Source: Rubrobacter sp.
GTDB lineage: Bacteria > Actinomycetota > Rubrobacteria > Rubrobacterales > Rubrobacteraceae
Direction of reading: 5' to 3'
DNA: 39,378 bases
NCBI GenBank assembly: GCA_016781885.1
Contig: JADDPM010000001.1
Span: 1-39,378, forward strand
The notes under the pieces were generated by a model. That model searched no databases. It worked only from the letters and a program-made list of their open reading frames with translations, and was not told the DNA's origin. How positions within the stretch are numbered: the stretch's first letter is position 1; each line of letters opens with the position of its first letter. The position numbers and the translations under genes are program-made. Positions 16,713 to 25,090 of the stretch are shown in pieces.

Positions 16713-18500
16713 TTGAGGATCGCAGCGCAGAGCATCGAGGAGGTACGCGAGGCAGCACAAATAGCCGAGGTCGCCTCCGAGTTCACCGCGCTCCGCCGGG
16801 TGGGCGCCCGTTTCAACGGCCTCTGCCCGTACCCGGACCACAACGAAAAAACCCCCTCCTTCAGTGTCTCCCCTGACAAGAGCTTCTACTACTGTTTCGG
16901 CTGTTCACGGGGTGGCGACGCTATAAAGCTCGTGATGGAGCTAAAATCCTTCTCCTTCAGCGAGGCAGTCTCGCACCTCGCCGAGAGGTTCGGTGTTGAG
17001 CTCCGGTTTGAGGGCCGCTCCCCGGAACAGGAGAGAGCCGCCGAACAGCGTAACGCCCGCCGCCGTTCGGCCTACAAAGCCCTCGCCGCCGCAACCGCTT
17101 ACTATCACAAGTACCTGCTCAAGTCGCCCGCTGCGGAGGAGGCGCGCCGTTACCTCAAGGAGCGAGGCTTCGAGTATTCTACTATAGAAGAATTTCGTTT
17201 GGGGTATGCGCCACCGCGCGGGAGGCAGGGCTTTGTTGAGGCTGCTCGTGGGGTGGGATTGGGGCGAGAGGCGTTGGAGGCGGCGGGGTTACTATCGTCG
17301 CGCGGGGGGGAGCGGTTCGGGGATCGGGTGATGTTTCCGATCTCCGACCGGCGAGGTAGGATCGTCGGCTTTGGCGCCCGCTCGTTGGGGGAGGCTAAGC
17401 CCAAGTACCTCAACTCCCCCGAAACCGAGCTGTTCAACAAGCGTTCCCTACTCTACGGATTTCCACAGGTCGCGGAGGCGATGCGCCGTGAGAAGGCGGC
17501 CCTCGTCGTCGAGGGCTATACGGATGTGCTCATGCTCTACCAGTCGGGGATAAAGAACGCGGTGGCTACTCTGGGCACGGCGATGACGGAGCAACATCTC
17601 AAGACGTTAAGCGGGCACGCCGAGAAGATCTACCTGCTCTTTGACCCGGACGAGGCGGGGGAGAAGGCAGTCGAGAGGGTAATGGTAACGGCTGCCGAGC
17701 TCAGACTAGACCTCCGGGTCCTGCGCCTCCCGCAGGACCCGGCTGATTGGCTTCTCGAGCACCCTCCTGAGGAGTTCACAGACCTCCTCTCGGGGGCCGT
17801 GCCGGTCCTTGAGTACGGCATCCGGCGCATCGTCGGCCGTGCTCGGGGCGCGGGAGCCGCCAGCCGCGCCCGTGCCGTACCCGAAGTAAAAGCCCTTCTG
17901 GGTCGCATAGAAGACCCTGTCCTGAACCGCGAGGCCTTCCGCCTCGCCGCCGAGGCCCTGGGCGTAGACCCCGAAACGCTTCGCGATGAGTCCAGGTCTA
18001 CGAATAGCATGGAGCGTACCACTCCCCGCAGCAGGGCGCGGAACGTACCGGGGGATCCCTTGGCCGAGGCTGGACGCGAGCTCCTCGCCCTGGTGCTAAC
18101 CCGTCCAGACTTGGCCTCAGGTGCTTTACGTGCGGGGATGGAGGCTCCAGATCTCCTCAACGCACCGGTTGTGCTGGGTCCTGATGACTTTGGCGACGAT
18201 GTACAGGGCCGCATCTTCGCCCTGCTGTCCGAGCATGCGGGGGAGGATCTGAGCACCGTCCTCTCCGACGAGCGGGCCCGGGCTTTGCTAGATGAGATCT
18301 CCGCCCTTCAGGCGGAGGGGGAGAGACTCTATCCTTCCGAAGCATCCTTGCGCGCGGCCTGGTTTCGGCTCGCCTCCCTGAGTCGAGAGAGGGCGAAGCT
18401 TTTCACCGAGGACTTCGACGAGAAGCATCGTCTGCACCTGGAGACCAAACGCCTCAACAGGGCCGCCGTGAAGGTGAGCAACCTTACCCTCGAATCTTGA
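16713..18500 (+). CDS. dnaG: DNA primase
   Basis: CHC2 zinc finger (CPYPDH...CFGC), KYLNSPET, VEGYTDV and Toprim DPDEAG; AAGGAGG SD upstream. Confidence 0.98.
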   Translation: MRIAAQSIEEVREAAQIAEVASEFTALRRVGARFNGLCPYPDHNEKTPSFSVSPDKSFYYCFGCSRGGDAIKLVMELKSFSFSEAVSHLAERFGVELRFEGRSPEQERAAEQRNARRRSAYKALAAATAYYHKYLLKSPAAEEARRYLKERGFEYSTIEEFRLGYAPPRGRQGFVEAARGVGLGREALEAAGLLSSRGGERFGDRVMFPISDRRGRIVGFGARSLGEAKPKYLNSPETELFNKRSLLYGFPQVAEAMRREKAALVVEGYTDVLMLYQSGIKNAVATLGTAMTEQHLKTLSGHAEKIYLLFDPDEAGEKAVERVMVTAAELRLDLRVLRLPQDPADWLLEHPPEEFTDLLSGAVPVLEYGIRRIVGRARGAGAASRARAVPEVKALLGRIEDPVLNREAFRLAAEALGVDPETLRDESRSTNSMERTTPRSRARNVPGDPLAEAGRELLALVLTRPDLASGALRAGMEAPDLLNAPVVLGPDDFGDDVQGRIFALLSEHAGEDLSTVLSDERARALLDEISALQAEGERLYPSEASLRAAWFRLASLSRERAKLFTEDFDEKHRLHLETKRLNRAAVKVSNLTLES

Positions 18501-18525
18501 AGCCAGGCCCCCTGAGCCTTATACT
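18497..18525 (+). promoter_or_regulatory. Sigma-A-type promoter of the tRNA pair
   Basis: TTGAAG-17 nt-TATACT. Confidence 0.65.
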
Positions 18526-18542
18526 TTCAACCTGAAGCACCT

Positions 18543-18614
18543 TGCCCTGTAGCTCAATGGCAGAGCATCCGGCTGTTAACCGGAGGGTTGTAGGTTCGAG
18601 TCCTACCAGGGCAG
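18543..18614 (+). tRNA. tRNA-Asn(GTT), CCA not encoded
   Basis: Cloverleaf: acceptor TGCCCTG/CAGGGCA, anticodon stem TCCGG/CCGGA with GTT at 18575-18577, T loop TTCGAGT. Confidence 0.97.
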
Positions 18615-18630
18615 CTCACCGCCCGTCTCC

Positions 18631-18704
18631 GGGCCCATAGCTCAGTTGGTTAGAGCATCCGACTCATAATCGGACGGTCCCAGGTTCGAGTCCTGGTGGG
18701 CCCA
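18631..18704 (+). tRNA. tRNA with CAT anticodon, most likely tRNA-Ile2 (lysidine)
   Basis: Acceptor GGGCCCA/TGGGCCC, CAT at 18665-18667; paired 1-72 and no three G:C pairs in the anticodon stem, so not initiator; Ile2 over elongator Met is by resemblance. Confidence 0.9.
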
Positions 18705-18837
18705 CCTTTTTAAGTGTCTGCGAGGCGGAGATCAACACCGAGTATCCTCGGTGTACCGCAGGATCCCCTTACATATTTTCGATTGACTCAACATGTCGGG
18801 TTAAAAAGGGTCGCCCCCACAACATATACCATAAACA

Positions 18838-18987
18838 CGCCTGACTAGGAGCCTTCCATGTTAAACCTGGAGGAAGGCTCCTCAGATAGCTCTCTGGCAC
18901 AATATAAATGGGCTCCTCATCCCTAGGGAGGAGGGACAAGAGGACGAGAAAAGGTTCTTGAAGACTGCAAAGAGCCTTAGTCAGGCG
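18838..18987. ncRNA. Candidate multi-stem structured RNA or inverted-repeat element upstream of mraZ
   Basis: 10-bp closing stem CGCCTGACTA/TAGTCAGGCG enclosing an 11-bp hairpin, a 9-bp hairpin and weaker ones. Confidence 0.45.
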
Positions 18988-19031
18988 CTCTCGTTGCAGG
19001 TTTTCCCAGCATATGCGAGAATTTCGATGTC

Positions 19032-19057
19032 GTGGGACAAAGTGGGACATAGTGGGA
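19032..19057 (+). promoter_or_regulatory. MraZ-binding repeats, three GTGGGA boxes at 10-nt periodicity
   Basis: GTGGGA at 19032, 19042 and 19052, directly upstream of mraZ. Confidence 0.85.
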
Positions 19058-19067
19058 GGACGAGGTC

Positions 19068-19508
19068 CTGGCCCTTCTCGGAGAGTACGAGCACACCCTG
19101 GACGAGAAAGGGCGGTTGACTCTCCCCTCCCGGCTACGGCCCTATTTCGAGGGCGGTATCGTTATTACCAAGGGGGTTGACCGGTGTCTGTTTGCGTTTC
19201 CGCCCGAGGAGTGGGCTACGTTTAAGGCGAACATAAAAGCCAATGCGGACCTCTCTGCCAAGGGGCGGCAGTTAAGCCGGATGTTCTTCTCGATGGCGTT
19301 CGAGGCGGCGTTGGATCGGCAGGGGCGAGTTTTGATCCCGGCCAAGCTCGCCCGGTATGCTGGCCTGAGCCGCGACGTCACCCTTACCGGTGTAGACGAC
19401 CGGTTGGAGGTCTGGGACACCGCCGAGTGGGAGCGTTACGTCTCGGGTGCCGATGATTCCTTTGCGGAGATAGTCGAGGAGTTCGCCGGCAGGGAGTTCG
19501 GGGTTTGA
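19068..19508 (+). CDS. mraZ: Transcriptional regulator MraZ (probable CTG start)
   Basis: (M)ALLGEYEHTLDEKGRLTLP...LDRQGRVLIP...RLEVW; two DxxGR motifs. Confidence 0.96.
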   Translation: MALLGEYEHTLDEKGRLTLPSRLRPYFEGGIVITKGVDRCLFAFPPEEWATFKANIKANADLSAKGRQLSRMFFSMAFEAALDRQGRVLIPAKLARYAGLSRDVTLTGVDDRLEVWDTAEWERYVSGADDSFAEIVEEFAGREFGV

Positions 19509-20464
19509 TGGCGGCGGGTCACTATCCGGTGATGCTCGAAGAGGTAGTCGAGGCGCTCGCCCTCGCGGACGCCGGGACGACGATCGTGGACGCCACCTTC
19601 GGCGGCGGGGGACACGCCCGGCGGATACTCGAAGAGCTCGGACCCGAAGATCGGCTGGTCGGTATAGACCGCGACCCAGAGGCGGCGGAGAGGGGACGCG
19701 TTCTGACCGGGGAGGATCCACGCTTCGTCTTCAGGGGAGGGGCCTATGACGAGGTTCTGGCGGAGATGGCCGTGGAGGGGGAGAGGGTAGATGCCATCCT
19801 CTTCGACCTTGGGCTATCTAGTTACCAGATAGACGAGGCCGGACGGGGCTTCAGCTACGTCCGAGAGGGGCCGCTGGACATGCGGATGGATCCGGGGCGC
19901 GGGGTATCGGCGGCGGAGTTCTTGAATGGCGCGGAGGCGCCGGAGATCTCTGACGTGCTCGTCCGATTCGGGGACGTACCGCGCGGTGAGGCCCGGCAGG
20001 TGGCGAGGGAGGTCGTCCGGAGGCGGCCTCTCGGGACGACGCTGGAGCTTTCGGAGGCGGTGCGGGCGGCGGTCGGTTGGAAGGAAAGGGGCGGCAACCC
20101 TGCGAAAAAAGTCTTCCAGGCGGTGCGGGTTTACGTGAACGACGAGTTGGATGGCCTGGGGCGGGCGCTTGAGGCTGCGGAGAGGCTGTTGTTACCGGGA
20201 GGGCGGATCGTGGCGATCACGTTCCACTCCGGGGAAGACCGGATGGTGAAGCGGTTCATCTCTGAGCGTGCCGGGCAGTGTGTGTGCCCGCCGGAGCTGC
20301 CGGTATGCGTCTGCGGGGCGCGGCCCATCCTCCGCAAGGGCGCGGTGCGGAAGCCCTCGGAACGGGAGATCGAGGAGAACCCCCGCAGCGCCTCCGCCCG
20401 CCTGCGCTCAGCCCTGCGAACCCAGGAGCCGCTCGGAGTCGACTCGCCGGCGGGCTCTTCCTGA
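19508..20464 (+). CDS. rsmH: 16S rRNA m4C1402 methyltransferase
   Basis: HYPVML, DATFGGGGH, DLGLSS, PLDMRMD, FHSGEDR and NPRSASA motifs. Confidence 0.97.
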   Translation: MAAGHYPVMLEEVVEALALADAGTTIVDATFGGGGHARRILEELGPEDRLVGIDRDPEAAERGRVLTGEDPRFVFRGGAYDEVLAEMAVEGERVDAILFDLGLSSYQIDEAGRGFSYVREGPLDMRMDPGRGVSAAEFLNGAEAPEISDVLVRFGDVPRGEARQVAREVVRRRPLGTTLELSEAVRAAVGWKERGGNPAKKVFQAVRVYVNDELDGLGRALEAAERLLLPGGRIVAITFHSGEDRMVKRFISERAGQCVCPPELPVCVCGARPILRKGAVRKPSEREIEENPRSASARLRSALRTQEPLGVDSPAGSS

Positions 20465-20871
20465 TGGCGGCGCCACAGAGGAGGCCGGTAGTACGGTCTC
20501 CTCTGAAGCGTTCCGTCCGGCGCGAAAATCCTGAGGGGCGGAAGAGCGGCGCGTGGTCCTCGAGAGCGTTTGTAGCGCTCGTGTTGGTTCCGGTGGCGCT
20601 GATGCTGGGGAGCGTCTACACGCACACCGTGGCGGTCGGGACGGGTGCAGAGGTGGCCCGGCTCGAGGAGGAGAAGGCTGCGGCCGAGGCCGAGGGTGAG
20701 AGGCTCAAGGTGCGCGTCGCGGAGCTCTCCGAGTCGGGGAGCATCCGGGAGTCGGCCAAAAAAGACCTCGGAATGCAGGACCCGGGCGGCAAGGATCTTG
20801 GGACTTACGGGAGCGAAGGGGAGGACGTAGTAGATGGCGGGGAGGAGAGCAAAAAAGGAGCGGGCGAGTAA
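20464..20871 (+). CDS. ftsL: Cell division protein FtsL-like
   Basis: Basic N-terminus, one TM helix, coiled coil ending in AKKDLGM; lies between rsmH and ftsI. Confidence 0.8.
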   Translation: MAAPQRRPVVRSPLKRSVRRENPEGRKSGAWSSRAFVALVLVPVALMLGSVYTHTVAVGTGAEVARLEEEKAAAEAEGERLKVRVAELSESGSIRESAKKDLGMQDPGGKDLGTYGSEGEDVVDGGEESKKGAGE

Positions 20872-22723
20872 CGTCCCCGGGGCAAGAAGCCCGAGGGGCG
20901 CGACGAGACCCTCTATCGGAGGCCCCCGCAAGAATAACCGGGGACGCAAGAGTGGTCGCGTGAGCGGCGGATCCCGCGCCGGTGCGAGAGTCGTGCCGTT
21001 CCCGCAAGGTCGAAGGTCGGGGCGTCGTAGGTCCGTGCCGGAGCGCGAGGGGCCGAGAAGGAGGGTCGGTCATTGGCGGCTCCGGGTGGTCGCGGGGGCC
21101 GTGGCTTTGGTCTGCGTCTCTTTAGGGGTGCGGGCGGTGCAGTTGAGCTTCGCGGATGATGAACGTTTCCGGGCCCTCTCCAACGAGGCGCTCGCCTCCG
21201 AACAGTCCGGCAACCCCGGTAGGGGCGCCATAATCGCGGCAGACGGACAACCTCTCGCAACCAGCCTGGACGCCGCGAAGGTGATCGCCACCCCGTACCA
21301 GATCGAGGACGCGGAGGAGACCGCCGAGGCCCTTGATGGGGTACTCGGAACTAAGGCGGGCGACGTAGAGGAGATCGAGAGCAAACTCGAGGAGGAGAAC
21401 GACGAGGGCGAGCTCGCAGGCTATAGCGTCGTGGCAGAGGAGATCGAGCCCGAGGAGGCGCGCGAGGTCCAGAAGCTAAACTTACCGGGCATCTCGATCT
21501 CGCCGGACGAGATCCGTGTCTACCCGAACGGGGCTCTCGCCAGCCAGCTCCTTGGCTATCTCGGGACCGACATGGCCTACGGCGGCGTCGAGGCCCGCTA
21601 CGATGAGGCCCTCAAGGGTGGACAGGAGTTGAACCTGACCGTGGATACCGCTGTGCAGCAGGAGTTGGAAGAGGTGCTCGCTGGGGCCACGGAGGAGTAC
21701 GAGGGCAAGAGCGCCCTCGGGCTCGTAATGCGCGTCGAGGACGGGGCGATAGTGGCCCTCGCCAACTCGCCCGGCTACGACAACAACGACTTCGGGGAGG
21801 CCCCCGAGGAGGATAAGCGAGACCGGATCCTGACCGACCCCTACGAGCCGGGCTCGACGTTCAAGGCTTTTACGATGGCGGCGGCCCTCGAAGAAGGGGC
21901 GGTCACTGAAAAGGACACGTTTATCGTCCCGGACTCTATCGCGGTCGCAGACAGAATGATATACGACTCCGAGAAGCACGAGACGAAAGTCCTCAACCCC
22001 GGAGGTATCCTCGCGCAGTCAACTAACGTCGGGACGATTCAGGTCGCCCAACTCCTCGGCGGAGAACGCCTGAGCGAGCGTATAAGAGGTTTCGGATTCG
22101 GGGAGGCGACCGGGGTAGACCTCTGGGGCGAGGACATAGGGGTGGTGCCGCCGTTCGAGGAGTGGAGCGGCTCCTCCATCGGCAATATTCCCATCGGGCA
22201 GGGGCTGACGGTGACGCCTTTGCAGCTCGCCGCCGGCTACTCAGCTCTCGCTAACGGCGGGCTGCAGGTAACGCCCTACGTGGCCCGGGACGCCGCCCCG
22301 CAAGGGCCCGGACGCCGGGTGATAAGCGAGGAGACCTCGACTATAGTACGCGGGATGCTCCAGAGCGTGGTCGACGAAGGGACGGGGCACCTCGCCCTTA
22401 TCCCCGGATACACCGTGGCCGGCAAGACCGGTACCGCACAGAAGGTGGACCCCAAGACCGGGACCTATGGCGATGAATACATAACCTCGTTTATCGGCTT
22501 CGCCCCCGCCAGCGACCCGAGGTATCTTATCCTCATAGCGGTGGACGAGCCGCAGAAGGATCTCTTTGGCGAGGTCGTGGCCGCCCCCGCGTTCCAGGAT
22601 GTCATGGGCTTCACTTTGGGATACTTCAACGTTCCCCCGGATCGCGCGAGCACGAAGGACGAACCCCCGCCGCCCGACCCTACCCCCGCCCAGGACGCGA
22701 AGAAGGAGGACAGGTTCCGTTGA
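20834..22723 (+). CDS. ftsI: Class B penicillin-binding protein (FtsI/PBP3)
   Basis: RGAI, RVYPNG, YEPGSTFK (SxxK), STN (SxN) and KTGTAQ motifs. Confidence 0.95.
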   Translation: MAGRRAKKERASNVPGARSPRGATRPSIGGPRKNNRGRKSGRVSGGSRAGARVVPFPQGRRSGRRRSVPEREGPRRRVGHWRLRVVAGAVALVCVSLGVRAVQLSFADDERFRALSNEALASEQSGNPGRGAIIAADGQPLATSLDAAKVIATPYQIEDAEETAEALDGVLGTKAGDVEEIESKLEEENDEGELAGYSVVAEEIEPEEAREVQKLNLPGISISPDEIRVYPNGALASQLLGYLGTDMAYGGVEARYDEALKGGQELNLTVDTAVQQELEEVLAGATEEYEGKSALGLVMRVEDGAIVALANSPGYDNNDFGEAPEEDKRDRILTDPYEPGSTFKAFTMAAALEEGAVTEKDTFIVPDSIAVADRMIYDSEKHETKVLNPGGILAQSTNVGTIQVAQLLGGERLSERIRGFGFGEATGVDLWGEDIGVVPPFEEWSGSSIGNIPIGQGLTVTPLQLAAGYSALANGGLQVTPYVARDAAPQGPGRRVISEETSTIVRGMLQSVVDEGTGHLALIPGYTVAGKTGTAQKVDPKTGTYGDEYITSFIGFAPASDPRYLILIAVDEPQKDLFGEVVAAPAFQDVMGFTLGYFNVPPDRASTKDEPPPPDPTPAQDAKKEDRFR

Positions 22724-24099
22724 AACCCGTCTCCCTGAAATCGATAGTGCAGACCGTCGGCGGCTCCCTGGTAGGCGGGGACGAGACGGCGCTCGCGACG
22801 GGAGCCTCGGTAGATTCTCGCTCCGTGCGCCGCGGGGACCTGTTCTTCGCGCTCAAGGGGAGGGTGGACGGCGCGGACTTCGCTCCGGAGGCGCATCTTC
22901 GGGGGGCGGTCGCGGCGGTGGCCTCCCGTCCGCTCTCGGGGCCGACTGTGGTGGTCGAGGATCCCCTGTCAGCGCTGCAGGAGTTGGCCCGGTGGAGCCT
23001 CGTCCGAGAGGGCGCCCCGACGGTCGTCGGGGTCACGGGCACAGTCGGCAAGACCACGGTAAAGGACGCACTGGAGGCAATCCTTCGCGCCAACGGCCTC
23101 AAAGTCTCGGCGACGGCCGGGAACTTCAACAACGAGATAGGGCTCCCCCTCACGGTTCTCGCCGCGAACGAGAAGACGGAGGTGCTGGTCTTGGAGATGG
23201 GGGCGACCCATAAAGGAGACATCGCCCATCTCTGCAAGATCGCACCACCCAGCGTGGGCGTCCTCACGGCAGTCTCGCCGGTCCACCTGGACTCCTTCGG
23301 GGACCTCGAAGGGCTGGCCGCTGCGAAGGGCGAGCTCGCCCTGGCCCTCCCCGATCACGGAACGCTCGTCTCGCCGTTGAGCGTGCCGGCGGCGGCGACG
23401 GGGCCGAGGCGCGAACTGGCGCGGCGCCTGACCTTCGGTCCCGACCATAGGGCCAACCTGTGGGCGACGTATACTTCGGAACTCGAGAGCGGTCTCTACT
23501 TTAGCCTGCACGTCAGGGAAGGCTCGGAGGAACATCAGGTCGAGGTCAAGAGCCCCGTCTTCGGGACGCACCTCGTCGAGCCGCTGCTGGCGGCGGTTGG
23601 AGGCGCTCTGGCTTTGGGACTGCGGCCGGAGGAGTGCGCGCGGGGGCTGCAGAGGCTGCGGCGGACGGGTCTGAGGGGAGAGGTATACCGTCTGCGCGAC
23701 GACATACTCGTCTACGACGACTCCTACAACGCCTCGCCAGCGGCGGTCGCGGCGGTCTTGAGGTATGGAGCGGAGGGGGCGAGGCGGCAGAATCGTCGCC
23801 TCGTCGCCGTTCTCGGCGGGATGTTCGAGCTCGGGGCCGGGGCAAGGGAGTATCATCGGGAGGCCGGACGGCTCGCGGAGGAGGTCGGGGTGGACCTGTT
23901 GGTGTGCGTGGGGGACGAGGCCCGTTGGTACGCTGAGACTTTCCCCGGTGAAACGCTGTTCTACGAGGACGCGGAGGTGGCGGCCAAGGGGCTACACGCC
24001 ACGCTGCGCAGGGGCGACTATGTAGTCGTCAAGGGGTCAAGGGGTGTAGGATTAGACCGTTTGACCCGAAAGTTGAAGGAGAGGCTATCTCTTGTTTAG
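22720..24099 (+). CDS. murF: UDP-MurNAc-tripeptide D-Ala-D-Ala ligase
   Basis: GTVGKTTVK, NFNNEIGLPLT, DDSYNASP and VKGSRG motifs. Confidence 0.96.
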   Translation: MKPVSLKSIVQTVGGSLVGGDETALATGASVDSRSVRRGDLFFALKGRVDGADFAPEAHLRGAVAAVASRPLSGPTVVVEDPLSALQELARWSLVREGAPTVVGVTGTVGKTTVKDALEAILRANGLKVSATAGNFNNEIGLPLTVLAANEKTEVLVLEMGATHKGDIAHLCKIAPPSVGVLTAVSPVHLDSFGDLEGLAAAKGELALALPDHGTLVSPLSVPAAATGPRRELARRLTFGPDHRANLWATYTSELESGLYFSLHVREGSEEHQVEVKSPVFGTHLVEPLLAAVGGALALGLRPEECARGLQRLRRTGLRGEVYRLRDDILVYDDSYNASPAAVAAVLRYGAEGARRQNRRLVAVLGGMFELGAGAREYHREAGRLAEEVGVDLLVCVGDEARWYAETFPGETLFYEDAEVAAKGLHATLRRGDYVVVKGSRGVGLDRLTRKLKERLSLV

Positions 24100-25090
24100 C
24101 GTTATCCTGGCGGCGGCGATCGCCTTCGCGGTGACCGTCACCCTGGGTTCGAAGTTCATAGAGTTCTTGCAGACCAAGAAGTTCGGGCAGTTCGTGCGGG
24201 AGGAGGGACCTCAGACGCACCTCATCAAGCAGGGCACGCCGACGATGGGCGGGGTGGTCATACTGGTGGGGCTCGTCTCGGCGCTCTTGGTCGTGGCGCG
24301 GCCGAACCTGGCGACGCTGACGACGTTGTTGCTCGTCTCGGCGGTCGCGGGGATCGGGCTCTACGACGACTGGCAGAAGATCTCCAACAGGCGCAACGAG
24401 GGCTTGAGCGTGCGCTACAAGTTCTTGCTCCTGACTCTAGCCGTCGTCGTCGCGGACGTCATGGCGCTGCGCTACGTTGGCGTGACCCAGAACGTCATCA
24501 TCCCCGGCTTCGAGAAGAATCTGGTGCTCGGTCCCGGGGTTATCGGGATAGCGTTCTTCAGCTTCCTGATGCTGCTGGTCATCGTCGGCACGACGAACAG
24601 CGTGAACCTCACCGATGGCCTCGATGGGCTCGCGGCGGGGGCGGGGGGCATCGCGCTGCTCGCGTACACGGCCATCGCGTTCCTGGAGCGGCAGTACGAC
24701 GTGGCGATCATTTGCGGGGCGATGGTCGGGGCTATCATTGGGTTTCTCTGGTACAACTCCCACCCGGCGCAGATATTCATGGGCGACACGGGCTCGCTCG
24801 CCATCGGCGGGGTGTTGGCGGCGGCGGCGGTCATCACCAAGACAGAGATGTTGCTGCCGATCATCGGGGGGCTCTTCGTAATAGAGGGACTCTCGGTCAT
24901 CATACAGTACGGCTTCTTCAAGCTGACCGGGCGGCGGGTCTTCAAGATGGCCCCGATCCACCACCACTTCGAGCTCTCCGGTTGGCAGGAGAACAAGGTA
25001 GTGGTGCGGTTCTGGATCGTGCAGGCCGCCTTTACCGCCGCCGGCTTCGTCATCTACTACTTCACCCTCTACAACGACGCCATCCTGTGA
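24092..25090 (+). CDS. mraY: Phospho-MurNAc-pentapeptide transferase
   Basis: KQGTPTMGG, DD, NLTDGLDGLA, FMGDTGS and MAPIHHHFE motifs. Confidence 0.98.
   Translation: MFSVILAAAIAFAVTVTLGSKFIEFLQTKKFGQFVREEGPQTHLIKQGTPTMGGVVILVGLVSALLVVARPNLATLTTLLLVSAVAGIGLYDDWQKISNRRNEGLSVRYKFLLLTLAVVVADVMALRYVGVTQNVIIPGFEKNLVLGPGVIGIAFFSFLMLLVIVGTTNSVNLTDGLDGLAAGAGGIALLAYTAIAFLERQYDVAIICGAMVGAIIGFLWYNSHPAQIFMGDTGSLAIGGVLAAAAVITKTEMLLPIIGGLFVIEGLSVIIQYGFFKLTGRRVFKMAPIHHHFELSGWQENKVVVRFWIVQAAFTAAGFVIYYFTLYNDAIL

Noticed and set aside
16304-16879. 191-aa minus-strand ORF
   Set aside because: Overlaps the dnaG start in antisense; no recognisable motif
18500-18543. Absence of rpoD after dnaG
   Set aside because: dnaG followed by tRNA-Asn is a familiar actinobacterial arrangement
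18705-18837. Prophage or genomic island at the tRNA 3' end
   Set aside because: No integrase and no duplicated tRNA end in the window; only an 8-bp hairpin (18735-18754) and a short AT-richer spacer
18769-19050. 93-aa minus-strand ORF upstream of mraZ
   Set aside because: Atypical codon usage and no SD; it overlaps the MraZ boxes and the structured element
19490-19510. Actinobacterial mraW RNA motif
   Set aside because: mraZ and rsmH overlap (TGATG), leaving no intergenic space, and no CUUCCCC-loop hairpin is seen
24712-25086. Long N-terminal extension of murD in the ORF track (similar extensions for ybeY, dgkA, era, ftsL, ftsW, yggS and DUF167)
   Set aside because: These run through upstream genes in other frames; downstream starts match the family N-termini
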